The notes: generated from the sequence alone by a model not told the origin. Positions 51,623 to 61,688 are shown, numbered from the stretch's first letter. The stretch is DNA of 64,000 nucleotides from Nostoc sp. (GCA_036918135.1 JBALDB010000028.1:205076-269075); one strand, 5' to 3'. Made by a program: numbers and translations.

Positions 51623-52702
51623 ATGAATTTGTTAACCGACATTGCCCTTCCTAAATGGGTTGTCATTCAGCTCGAAGAAAGATGCAATCTTCGGTGCAAG
51701 ATGTGCTATGAATGGGGCGAAAATGGTTCCTATTTTGGGAAGGAAAAGCTGGTTTCCCTTGATTACCCTGTAATTGAGAGAGCAGTTAAAGCGCTGCTGC
51801 CAGGTAAGCCTTTTTTCGGATTGTTTGGTGGTGAGCCGCTTTTGTATCCTCATATTGAAGAACTCATTAAGCTAATTAAAGATGGCGGCTGCAAAGTTGA
51901 TATGCCGACCAACGGAACTTTGATTGAGAAAAAAGCAGAAATGCTTGTCGAAGCCAAGCCCGATCGCCTGTGGATTTCCCTAGATGGGCCACCAGAAATT
52001 AATGATAGCCAGCGAGGTCAAGGGGTTTTCGCCAAAGTTATGCGGGGTATCGATCGCCTCCATGAAGTGCGGGCTGCAAAAGGAAGTGCTTTTCCTAAAA
52101 TTGGTGTGACGTTTATTGTTACCCCAATCACCCATCGCTATATTGAAGAATTTTTCCTTTCTTGCCTCGATTTATCTAAAATTGAGCATTTGAGTATTGA
52201 ATTCCAAACCTATGCTACCTCTGAGCAGTATCTTAAGTATGCCGAGATTTTAAAGACTAAATTTGGCATAGATCGAGCTCCTGTAGCTGCGGGTGTCGTT
52301 CAAGATCCGGCTAACTTTGCCGATATGGACTTTGAGTATATTGTCGAGCAAATGCTGAAGGTTAGGGCAGTTTGCGAACAGAGGGGAATCTATTTCGTTG
52401 CCTATCCTAAAACCATCGAACATGATAATGTCCGTAACTTCTTCACGGCTAACTGGCAAAACATGACAGATAAGCGGACGTTCTGCGCGTTTCCTTGGCT
52501 ATACAACGAAATTTCTGCTAGAGGAGATGTAACCGTATGCCATACGTTTTACGATCTTCCTGTGGGGAATATTCATCAAGAAGACATTTTAGATATTTGG
52601 AAAGGAGAGCGGATTAAGCAAGTGCGAAATCATTTACGTAAAAACCTATACCCGATATGTACGGCTTGCGCTCGATATTATGCAGATCCAAGCAAGCATT
52701 AA
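51623..52702 (+). CDS. Radical SAM / SPASM-twitch protein (related to 43863-45035)
   Basis: CNLRCKMC, GGEPL, TNG, SLDG; CAFPW...GDVTVC...GN...CTAC. Confidence 0.92.
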   Translation: MNLLTDIALPKWVVIQLEERCNLRCKMCYEWGENGSYFGKEKLVSLDYPVIERAVKALLPGKPFFGLFGGEPLLYPHIEELIKLIKDGGCKVDMPTNGTLIEKKAEMLVEAKPDRLWISLDGPPEINDSQRGQGVFAKVMRGIDRLHEVRAAKGSAFPKIGVTFIVTPITHRYIEEFFLSCLDLSKIEHLSIEFQTYATSEQYLKYAEILKTKFGIDRAPVAAGVVQDPANFADMDFEYIVEQMLKVRAVCEQRGIYFVAYPKTIEHDNVRNFFTANWQNMTDKRTFCAFPWLYNEISARGDVTVCHTFYDLPVGNIHQEDILDIWKGERIKQVRNHLRKNLYPICTACARYYADPSKH

Positions 52703-52713
52703 CTCATTTGACA

Positions 52714-53709
52714 ATGATGAAAAAGCCAATATGTATCGGTATTCTTGGTGCAGCAAATATTGCACAGCGAGCCGTTATAGAACCAGCTAAAAAACTGGAG
52801 GGGGTTGAGGTTTTTGGTGTTGCTGCTAGAGACAGCGCCAAAGCTGAGAAGTTTGCCCAAAATTATGATATTCCAGTGATCTTTCCCAGCTACGATGCCC
52901 TTGTCGAAAGCGATCGCATTGACGCGGTTTACATTCCTCTAGCTAATCACCTTCATACTCCCTGGATACTCAAGGCCGCCCAGGCTAAGAAGCCGATTTT
53001 AGTTGAAAAGCCTATCTGTCTGAGCATTGAAGAATTTGATGCCATAGAAGCGGCTGTTGCAACTCATGGAGTTCCTGTGTTAGAGGCGGTCATGGTTCAG
53101 CACCATCCCTGGCAAAAAAAGCTGCGAGACATAGTTGAGACGGGAATCTATGGAAACATCAAATCTATCCGAACCAGCTTAAACCTTCAATTTTCCGAGG
53201 CAGAAAATCCAAATAACTATCGATTTTCTTCAAAGCTTGGCGGTGGAGCCTTCTTTGATTTAGGGACGTATTGGATTGAGCTTGTACAAATTTGTTTGGG
53301 CTTGCAACCAGACGCGATCGCCGCCGAAGCCGTATTTAACAAACCCGACGGCGTTGATTTGGCATTCAAAGCTAGTTTGGCTTTTGCAAATGGTGCGATC
53401 GCTGAGTTTGACTGCTCTTTTGAGCGCCCTTTTGAAGCTAATCACTGGTTAGAACTAGAAAAAGCGCAGATTAAAATAAGAAATTTTTTTCGTCCACTAT
53501 TTGGCATCCAGGCAATGAGCCTTGATGTGCATCACCTAGACACTAACGAAATAGAAAAAATCAAGTTTCCGGTGCAGAATTACTATGTCAATCAACTTGA
53601 ATTTTTCTTACGAGTTCTTGAGGGAAGTGAGAAAAATTTCCCTCTAAGTCAAACCCGCGAACGAGTCAAAATTATGGCAGAGATATATCGCGTGGCCACT
53701 AATTTGTAA
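52714..53709 (+). CDS. Gfo/Idh/MocA family oxidoreductase
   Basis: IGILGAANIA, YIPLANHLH, VEKP and GGGAFFDLGTY. Confidence 0.92.
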   Translation: MMKKPICIGILGAANIAQRAVIEPAKKLEGVEVFGVAARDSAKAEKFAQNYDIPVIFPSYDALVESDRIDAVYIPLANHLHTPWILKAAQAKKPILVEKPICLSIEEFDAIEAAVATHGVPVLEAVMVQHHPWQKKLRDIVETGIYGNIKSIRTSLNLQFSEAENPNNYRFSSKLGGGAFFDLGTYWIELVQICLGLQPDAIAAEAVFNKPDGVDLAFKASLAFANGAIAEFDCSFERPFEANHWLELEKAQIKIRNFFRPLFGIQAMSLDVHHLDTNEIEKIKFPVQNYYVNQLEFFLRVLEGSEKNFPLSQTRERVKIMAEIYRVATNL

Positions 53710-53745
53710 TAAATAATAATTGCAACAGGTATTAAAGGCAGTTTC

Positions 53746-54588
53746 ATGAATAACCTTTGTAAAATTACCACTTTGGGTGAAAATCTCATATTTATTGTTG
53801 GCTGTCCCCGCAGTGGAACCACTTATCTCAAAAAACTGATTAGCTCATTTCCAAAAATTCAAAGTGCTGGAGAGAGTTATTTATTTAATTATGTAGGACC
53901 ATTTATGGATCTGTGGCATTGCAAAGTCAAATCTTTCGAGGCAGATCCTGATTCCCTTGTAGTTGGGCCTTCTGTCTATTTTACTTACGAGGAATTCACA
54001 GAAATAGCGAGAAAACTTTTATCCGAACTGATGAAGCCAATGATTGGAGGATTAAAAGAAGGAGAATTTTTTCTGGAAAAAACTCCCAACCATGCGTTGC
54101 ATATCCATACGATTTATGAGCTTCTACCGAAGGCTCGGATTATTCATATCCTCCGTGATGCTAGAGATGTAGTGGCATCTCTCTTGGCGATGTCACGCAC
54201 AAAGGGTGGTTCGTGGGCACCAAACCGTGCAGACCAATGCGCTCAAATCTGGTGCGATAATGTCAACCATGTGAGGAATATAGCTCCATCTTTACCAAAG
54301 GAAAACTTCTTTGAGTTAAGGTATGAAACACTCATTAATAAGCCAACTGACGAACTGCAAGCAATAGCAAATTTTTTGGGTATGGACTGGTCACAGGAAT
54401 CGATACACACTGCCATAGAAGCCAACTCTATAGACGCGATGCGAGCCAAATTTGGAAAAGGCTCTATTAGAAGGGGGGGAGCGAATTATTGGCAGAAAGA
54501 TTTGACACAGTGGCAAAAATTCCAGGTTTGGCAAGTAGCAGGCTCTACAATGGCATCGGTTGGCTATGACTGGAGGTTCCCGTGGTAG
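53746..54588 (+). CDS. Sulfotransferase (distinct from the NodH-like pair)
   Basis: FIVGCPRSGTT, EKTP, RDARDVVAS and RYE. Confidence 0.92.
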   Translation: MNNLCKITTLGENLIFIVGCPRSGTTYLKKLISSFPKIQSAGESYLFNYVGPFMDLWHCKVKSFEADPDSLVVGPSVYFTYEEFTEIARKLLSELMKPMIGGLKEGEFFLEKTPNHALHIHTIYELLPKARIIHILRDARDVVASLLAMSRTKGGSWAPNRADQCAQIWCDNVNHVRNIAPSLPKENFFELRYETLINKPTDELQAIANFLGMDWSQESIHTAIEANSIDAMRAKFGKGSIRRGGANYWQKDLTQWQKFQVWQVAGSTMASVGYDWRFPW

Positions 54589-57500
54589 ATCGCGCTGAAC
54601 ATAATAGAAAGGCACGCTGGAAAGCCGTTCAAGCCCTCTTGACGACCTATCGCAAGGGTTCACCGTTGCAAGCGATCGCTCAATTAGAGAACCCACCGCT
54701 TTCCTTTGGTCAGGAGCAGATTTGGTTGCTCAACCAGTTGGGTGCAGATAACACGGTTTATAACCTGCCGTTTGCCTTTTGGATGGATGGAAATCTCGAT
54801 CTGCGGGCACTGGAGAAAAGTTTACAGGAGATTTTACAACGTCACGACATTCTAAGAACCACCTTTAGGTCAGTCGGCACACGGGTTGTCTCAGTTATCA
54901 CCCCAACTTGTGAGCCGAAGTTATCAGTAACTGATTTACGACAGCTAGCTCCAGCAGAGCAAGAAGCGCGGTATCAGTGCATTAGCCAGGATGAAATTAG
55001 CAAACCGTTTGATTTAGCCCAAGGGCCGCTGTGGCGGTTTCAATTACTCCAGTTTACCGAAGAGAAATACGTATTGCTAATGACTATTCATCACATTATC
55101 TATGATGGATGGTCTCAAAGTGTGTTTACCAAAGAACTCTCAATTCTTTACAAAGACTTTTCTAGCGGTCAGTCCTCATCATTACCCGACTTACCAATTC
55201 AATATGCTGACTTTGCTCACTGGCAACGGCAATGGCTAACAGGCGAAATTTTACAATCCCAGAGATCCTATTGGCAACAGCAGTTAGCGGGCGATTTACC
55301 GACCCTACACCTGCCGTTTGAGCGTCCTCAAGCTGTGCAGACATCCAGCACGACGTACAAGGGTGAGCGTCAGTCTGTAGAATTCTCCCCCGATCTCACA
55401 GTAGCCCTGAAACAACTAAGCGATCGCCAAGGGGTGACGTTGTTTGTTGTTTTGTTAGCGGCATTGAATGTACTGCTATATCAATATACGCAACAAGAGG
55501 ATATTATTGTTTGTTCTACCCAGGCGGGTCGCAATCTAAGTAAAATTCAGGGATTGATCGGGTTTTTCAATACAGTTGTTCCAGTACGAACGGATCTATC
55601 TGGGAATCCGAGCTTTTTAGATTTAGTGAACAGAATTCATCAGGTTGTTTTAGATGGATACCAATACCAGGATATACCGCTACACCTGTTGGCAGACACT
55701 TCATATCTTGCCCATAAGCGGCTGTATCAGGTGATGTTGGTGTTGCAAAATACGCCTAGCGAACTAGTTACACTGCCAGGAATACGAGTTGAGTCTCAGT
55801 ATCTCTGCAATGGCACTGCTAATTTTGACTTATTTTTATCCCTGATTTCCCTAGAGAAACCTGTCGAGCAACTCACAGGATATTTAGAATATAAGACCGA
55901 GCTATTTGCGCCCTCGGCAATTGCGAAATTATTAGAAGATTTTCAAGAGTTATTGGCAAATCTGGTTGAGAATCCCCATCAGCAACTCTCAGATTTACCG
56001 CTATTAGTTACAGACGAGGAGCGATCGCCAGCAGCAGGTCTTACAGAAAAGTCCACTGAACCATTCGTTGCTCCCCGCACACCCATTGAGCAGAAGTTAG
56101 CACAGATTTGGTCAGAGGTATTAGGACAAAAACAGCTTAGTATTTATGACAATTTCTTTGGGCTGGGGGGACATTCCCTACTAGCAACTCAGGTGATTTC
56201 CCGTGTGAATACGGCATTTGCAGCCGAGTTACCGATTCTGCCCATCTTTAAACATCCAACTATTGCAGCATTGGCAGAATTTATTCAGGCTTGGTTGCAG
56301 CAACAACCTGGCATAACATCGGTCAAGATTGAGCCTATACGACGAGAGAATAAGCTCCCCCTGTCTTTTGCACAGCAACAACTGTGGTTTCTAGATCGGT
56401 TTGGCAGCAGTGTTGCCTACAATCTGCCGATGGCTTTGGTTTTTACTGGTGCGCTCAAAATCACAGCACTACACCAATCCTTACAGGAAATTGTTAATCG
56501 CCATGAGAGTCTGCGGACTACATTTAGCGCCAATGACGGTACTCCCTATCAAGTGATTCACTCCCAAATGGCAATCGCTCTGCCTGTGGTTGACTTGAGT
56601 TCCTGGGAACCAGAAGAACAGAAACTGGAAGTGAAGCGTCTCGTTGTTGCTGAAGCAAACTGTCCGTTTGACCTCAGCCAAGACCCGATGCTGCGAGCCA
56701 CTTTGCTGCATCTCGGTCAATCTCCCTTCTGTGTTGACTCTGCTACAGATTGCGATCGGCTCAATCCCCCACAAACTCGTCACATCCTCCTGCTCACCAT
56801 TCACCACATTGCTGCCGATGGTTGGTCGCTCAACATCTTACTAGAAGAATTAACAGCTCTCTACTCTGCCTTTAGCCAGGATCTACCTTCTCCTCTAACT
56901 GATTTATCAATTCAGTATGCAGATTTTGCAGTCTGGCAGCGTCAATGGCTGCAAAAAGAGGTACTAGAAGAACAGTTAAGCTATTGGAAGCAGCAACTAG
57001 CTGATAGTTCAGTTTTAAATTTGCCAACTGACTATCCGCGTCCAGCGATCCAGACGTTTAACGGCAAAAAGCAGGCGTTGGAATTTCCCAAATTTTTGCT
57101 TGACGAACTGAAGGCACTGGCCCAGCGCGAAGGTGTGACGCTGTTTATGACGCTACTGGCGGCGTTTCAAGTACTGTTGCATCGCTACAGCCAACAAGAT
57201 GATATCGTTGTTGGTTCTCCCATTGCCAACCGCAACCGTCAAGAATGGGAGTCATTAATTGGTATGTTTGTCAATACCCTCGTGCTGCGTACTGATTTAG
57301 GTGGCAATCCCAGTTTTAGCGAACTGCTGCAACGAGTGCGGGAAGTGGCAATATCCGCTTACGCCCATCAAGATTTGCCTTTTGAGAAACTGGTGGAGGA
57401 AGTGCGATCGCAACGCGACGCCAGCCGCAACCCAATGTTTCAGGTGATGTTCGCTTTGGAAAATGCCTCAACTGCGGTGCTGGAACTGCCATTAAAGTTG

Positions 57501-59690
57501 GAATTAATGGCAGTAGAAACCGAAACTTCAATGTTTGATTTAACGCTGAGTTTAGAGGAAACAGCAAGCGGTATTGCTGGCAACATTGAATACAACACAG
57601 ACTTATTTGATACCAGTACGATTGAGCGAATGGCGGGACATTTTCAGGTTTTATTAGAAGGTATTATTGCCAGCCCCAAACAAAGGTTGTCAGACTTGCC
57701 GTTGTTAACACCAGCCGAAGAAAATCAAATACTGGTGCAGTGGAATTGCACTCAGAGCGAGTTTTCCCAGGATAAATGTCTGCATCAGTTGTTTGAGACG
57801 CAAGTGAAGCGTACACCCGACGAGGTGGCTGTGGTATTTGGCTTAGCAAAACTGACATATCAGCAGTTGAACACTCAAGCTAATCAGTTAGCGCATTATC
57901 TACGCTCTTTAGGTGTAGGAGCTGATGTACTGGTCGGGGTGTGTGTGGAACGTTCTTTAGAAATGCTGGTAGGACTGCTTGGTATTCTCAAGGCAGGTGG
58001 GGCTTATGTACCATTAGACCCAGACTATCCCAAAGAACGCTTGAGCTTTATGTTGAGTGATTCACAAGTGTCAGTACTATTGACTCAAAATAAGTTAGTA
58101 AATCAATTGCCCGAACATAGAGCTGATGTAATCTGCTTAGATACAGATTGGGAAAAAATTTCTCACGAAAGCGAGCAAAATCTGGTAAGTGAGACAGTAG
58201 CCGAGAACCTGGCTTATGTTATCTACACTTCGGGTTCTACTGGTAGACCCAAGGGAGTGATGGTCACTCATCAAAATTTGGTTAACGCATATATGGCTTG
58301 GGAAGATGCCTATCAACTTCGCTCCTGTACCAGTCATTTACAAATGGCAAGTTTCTCTTTTGATGTTTTTTCTGGAGATATGGTTCGGGCGCTTTGTTCT
58401 GGAGCAAAATTAGTCATCTGCCCACGAGAGTGGCTTTTAGAATCAGACAAGCTATATGCATTGATGCAAAACCACGAAGTTGATTGTGCAGAGTTTGTAC
58501 CACCTGTTTTACGGAATTTAATTCAGTATTTGGAGAAAACACAGCAGAACTTGAGCTTCATGAAGTTGTTGATTGTAGGTTCAGATAGTTGGTATGTACA
58601 GGAGTATCGGCAATTTCAACATTTTTTAGGTGCAGAGACGCGTTTGATTAATTCTTATGGGGTGAGTGAAGCTACCATTGACAGTTTATATTTTGAAAAT
58701 GCTGCAATTAATTTATCTATTGATGGACTAGTACCGATTGGACGACCGTTTGCTAATACAAAAACTTATATTTTAGACCGAAATCTCCAACCAGTTCCTA
58801 TTGGTATTCCAGGCGAACTCTATATTAGTAGTATTGGTGTGGCTCGCGGCTATCTCAATCAACCACAGTTAACCGAGCAGAAATTCATCTGTAATCCTTT
58901 TGAGGAGACAGTCCCGATGAAACAAGTTTCACCGCCATGCATGAAAAAAGTTTCTTCCCCTACACCCCACACCCCACACCCTACACCCTTTTTCAAGTCA
59001 GAAGGAAGTAGATTATATAAAACAGGGGATCTGGCTCGCTACTTGAGCGATGGCAATGTTGAGTTGTTAGGACGCCTTGATTATCAAGTTAAAATTCGTG
59101 GCTTCCGTATTGAGTTGGGAGAAATTGAGTCAGTGCTGGGTCAATATCCCAATGTCCAGAACGTCGTGGTGGTAGCACGGGCAGAAGAGAATGGTAGTCT
59201 AGCATTGGTCGCCTACTTGACACCCCAATTTGCCGATTGTCAAATCCGGGATTTGCGTAACTACTTAAAACAAAGACTTCCAGGGTATATGATCCCCAAT
59301 GCTTTTGTCACCCTAGAACAATTTCCCCAAACCCCAAATGGCAAGGTCGATCAAAAAGCATTACCCAGCCCCCGTTTCTCCTCATCTCTAGTGCCTGATA
59401 CCCCACCTAGCAATCCAACAGAAGAAAAAATTGCAGCGGTTTGGCGACAAGTATTAAATCGTGGAAAACTCAGTATCTACGATAACTTTTTTGAAATTGG
59501 CGGTCATTCACTTTTAGTAGTACAGGTTCATCACTTGTTATCTTTAGATTATCCTTCCCTGAAGATTGTAGATATATTCACGTACCCTAGCATTCATAGT
59601 CTGGCAAACTATTTATTGCAGCAATCACTCTCTGGTTTCAATAAAATAGAAACATCAATTCCACAATTTCTTCACAATCGAATTGACTGA
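54582..59690 (+). CDS. Non-ribosomal peptide synthetase, C-T-C-A-T, no thioesterase
   Basis: Two HHxxxDG motifs (HHIIYDG, HHIAADG), two GGHSL motifs, and one A domain (YTSGSTGRPKG, TGD, KIRGFRIELGE, NGK). Confidence 0.95.
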   Translation: MVDRAEHNRKARWKAVQALLTTYRKGSPLQAIAQLENPPLSFGQEQIWLLNQLGADNTVYNLPFAFWMDGNLDLRALEKSLQEILQRHDILRTTFRSVGTRVVSVITPTCEPKLSVTDLRQLAPAEQEARYQCISQDEISKPFDLAQGPLWRFQLLQFTEEKYVLLMTIHHIIYDGWSQSVFTKELSILYKDFSSGQSSSLPDLPIQYADFAHWQRQWLTGEILQSQRSYWQQQLAGDLPTLHLPFERPQAVQTSSTTYKGERQSVEFSPDLTVALKQLSDRQGVTLFVVLLAALNVLLYQYTQQEDIIVCSTQAGRNLSKIQGLIGFFNTVVPVRTDLSGNPSFLDLVNRIHQVVLDGYQYQDIPLHLLADTSYLAHKRLYQVMLVLQNTPSELVTLPGIRVESQYLCNGTANFDLFLSLISLEKPVEQLTGYLEYKTELFAPSAIAKLLEDFQELLANLVENPHQQLSDLPLLVTDEERSPAAGLTEKSTEPFVAPRTPIEQKLAQIWSEVLGQKQLSIYDNFFGLGGHSLLATQVISRVNTAFAAELPILPIFKHPTIAALAEFIQAWLQQQPGITSVKIEPIRRENKLPLSFAQQQLWFLDRFGSSVAYNLPMALVFTGALKITALHQSLQEIVNRHESLRTTFSANDGTPYQVIHSQMAIALPVVDLSSWEPEEQKLEVKRLVVAEANCPFDLSQDPMLRATLLHLGQSPFCVDSATDCDRLNPPQTRHILLLTIHHIAADGWSLNILLEELTALYSAFSQDLPSPLTDLSIQYADFAVWQRQWLQKEVLEEQLSYWKQQLADSSVLNLPTDYPRPAIQTFNGKKQALEFPKFLLDELKALAQREGVTLFMTLLAAFQVLLHRYSQQDDIVVGSPIANRNRQEWESLIGMFVNTLVLRTDLGGNPSFSELLQRVREVAISAYAHQDLPFEKLVEEVRSQRDASRNPMFQVMFALENASTAVLELPLKLELMAVETETSMFDLTLSLEETASGIAGNIEYNTDLFDTSTIERMAGHFQVLLEGIIASPKQRLSDLPLLTPAEENQILVQWNCTQSEFSQDKCLHQLFETQVKRTPDEVAVVFGLAKLTYQQLNTQANQLAHYLRSLGVGADVLVGVCVERSLEMLVGLLGILKAGGAYVPLDPDYPKERLSFMLSDSQVSVLLTQNKLVNQLPEHRADVICLDTDWEKISHESEQNLVSETVAENLAYVIYTSGSTGRPKGVMVTHQNLVNAYMAWEDAYQLRSCTSHLQMASFSFDVFSGDMVRALCSGAKLVICPREWLLESDKLYALMQNHEVDCAEFVPPVLRNLIQYLEKTQQNLSFMKLLIVGSDSWYVQEYRQFQHFLGAETRLINSYGVSEATIDSLYFENAAINLSIDGLVPIGRPFANTKTYILDRNLQPVPIGIPGELYISSIGVARGYLNQPQLTEQKFICNPFEETVPMKQVSPPCMKKVSSPTPHTPHPTPFFKSEGSRLYKTGDLARYLSDGNVELLGRLDYQVKIRGFRIELGEIESVLGQYPNVQNVVVVARAEENGSLALVAYLTPQFADCQIRDLRNYLKQRLPGYMIPNAFVTLEQFPQTPNGKVDQKALPSPRFSSSLVPDTPPSNPTEEKIAAVWRQVLNRGKLSIYDNFFEIGGHSLLVVQVHHLLSLDYPSLKIVDIFTYPSIHSLANYLLQQSLSGFNKIETSIPQFLHNRID

Positions 59691-59780
59691 ACAATGAGCT
59701 ACTATCCAATTCCTTTACACTAATCCCAGATTTCTCATAAGTAAAAAAAAGTTGCTTCAGTAAAAGTGTTTAAAGATTTA

Positions 59781-60314
59781 TTAGCTGTTAGAAACGCTAT
59801 AATCTGATATGCTAACAGTGCTAGCTTGATTCAAATCGAACCGATAGTAATCATAAGAATCGGATGAACCAACATTTTTAAGTAGCTGAATATAATTTGG
59901 ACTTCTGGTAAGTCGCCTAGTATTACTTAATGTGTTTCCAGCATAGTCACTAGCACCTTGGCGTCCTTCACTAAATCCAAAAAAATCAAAATGTTCCAAT
60001 AACCTAATACCTTTTCAAGAAGTTAAATCGGCATTTTTTACCTTATAATATCCAGCATCAAAACAGGGTGAAGATTTACGTTCTTCATTAATCCCAAAAA
60101 TTTCAAAATGCTGTAACAACTGACTATTATTTAAATGATCGGGATTACTAGCTCGATAGAAACCCAAATTAATCAGTGGTGAGAATAAACGACCTTCATT
60201 TAAATTATAAGTTTGGAAATGGGACAAAGCTTGAGCATTATTGAAACTAGATAAATCAGGATTAGCAGCACGATAAAAAATGGCATCAAATACATTTGAG
60301 AGACTTAAAGACAT
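59781..60314 (-). pseudogene. Disrupted secreted repeat / PPC-domain protein
   Basis: FDAxFYRAANPDL...EGR-type repeats; in-frame TGA at 60015-60017; the frame continues to DYAGNTL...DYYRF and then stops early. Confidence 0.7.
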
Positions 60315-60627
60315 ATCATCAATCTCCGAAAGCTACTTTTACAACTATTATTATCCGCTCGCACTCAGTATAAAGCAATACGTTTATATGATTTTTTATT
60401 TTAGTGAGGTTAAGACTCATTAGGCCATAAATCAAAATTGTCATGATGAGAGTCAATCATTTGTGAAAAATAAAAAATTGTGAATGCAGTTGATAACTGA
60501 TAAAGGATAACGGCAAGCAGTATGTATGTTATTGACTACTTATTAAACAGTTATCTGTCTATTTTGTTGATTGCGTTAATATATTCAAATATTGACCATG
60601 CATGAAACAACACCTTAGACAAGTAAA

Positions 60628-61401
60628 TTGTTAAAAACCACTGCGAGTATTTTTAAGATGTTGACAGTAATTATTAATGCTTTTCATGTCATGAGAAATA
60701 TTATCCCAATAAGTAACAATCAGTTAGCAAAAATATTCCTCAAAATATATGATTTTACGGAAAAACTTCAACTAAGTCAGCAACAATTACCAAAACAGCG
60801 TTTACAAATAGCAATTGAACGGTTAAGTAATAATACAATGGAAACCAGTGTAGCTATAATTAATGATTTAGAGCAAATTGCCCATAATCATCCACAATAC
60901 CACTGGATAATCATGGACATTCTGACTAATTTTGTCCGCAAAAATACTTCTTACATCCCCCAAAAGCAAGTTATCAGTAACTCCTCAGCAAAAGTTCGTG
61001 GAGATATTCAAGCAGCTCTAACCGTTATCGCTAGAAGAGATGTAACCAAAGACTTAAGACATCAGCAGCTTGATTTGAGTCATACGGACATCAGAGGAGC
61101 AAACCTAAATAAAGCTAATCTAGAACAGACAAATCTTTATCAAGCTAATCTTGCTGGAGCTAACCTAACAGAAGCCAATTTAGAAGGAGCAATCCTCAGT
61201 GCAGCTAATTTAGAAGGAGCTAACTTATATTCAGCTAACCTCAAAGGTGCAATCCTCAGTGCAAGCAACCTCCAAGGGGCTAACCTCCAAAGAGCGAACC
61301 TGCACCATGCCAGTTTATATCTAGCAAATCTGCACGGGGTAATTCTCGATGATGCCATACTTGATGGTGCAAACTTCAGGGAAGCAAAATTTTCTGAGTA
61401 A
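60628..61401 (+). CDS. Pentapeptide repeat protein (start uncertain)
   Basis: LEQIA..HWIIMDILTNFVR..DIQAALTVI..LDLS followed by ANL repeats. Confidence 0.85.
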   Translation: MLKTTASIFKMLTVIINAFHVMRNIIPISNNQLAKIFLKIYDFTEKLQLSQQQLPKQRLQIAIERLSNNTMETSVAIINDLEQIAHNHPQYHWIIMDILTNFVRKNTSYIPQKQVISNSSAKVRGDIQAALTVIARRDVTKDLRHQQLDLSHTDIRGANLNKANLEQTNLYQANLAGANLTEANLEGAILSAANLEGANLYSANLKGAILSASNLQGANLQRANLHHASLYLANLHGVILDDAILDGANFREAKFSE

Positions 61402-61444
61402 TTGGTAATTTATAATTCCGATACCGCAAGGATTTCACTGATTT

Positions 61445-61531
61445 AGGGACTGACAAATAAAAAAATATCCTACTGTTGACAGTCATCAGTCATCAGCTTC
61501 AAACGGGATAATTTATTTCTTGGAGTTCCCT
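61445..61531. mobile_element. Short MITE-like element
   Basis: Imperfect inverted ends: AGGGACT..AAATAAAAAAATATCC / GGATAATTTATTT..AGTTCCCT. Confidence 0.45.
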
Positions 61532-61688
61532 GAGAGTAGGTGGTTTTACGCTGTAATGTACTAGTATATCCCATGTCATGCCTGAGTTAAATGACTGTTG
61601 TGACCATATTATTATTTTTTGCTAAATGCTATACTATTTTGTCCAAATAACTAAGTAATAATTCTAGGTTGTAAGGAAAATTTTTACC

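Noticed and set aside
32420..59690. Saxitoxin or cylindrospermopsin cluster (carbamoyltransferase, sulfotransferase, APS kinase)
   Set aside because: No SxtA-like PKS, no amidinotransferase and no PKS modules; the GT and rSAM content does not fit.
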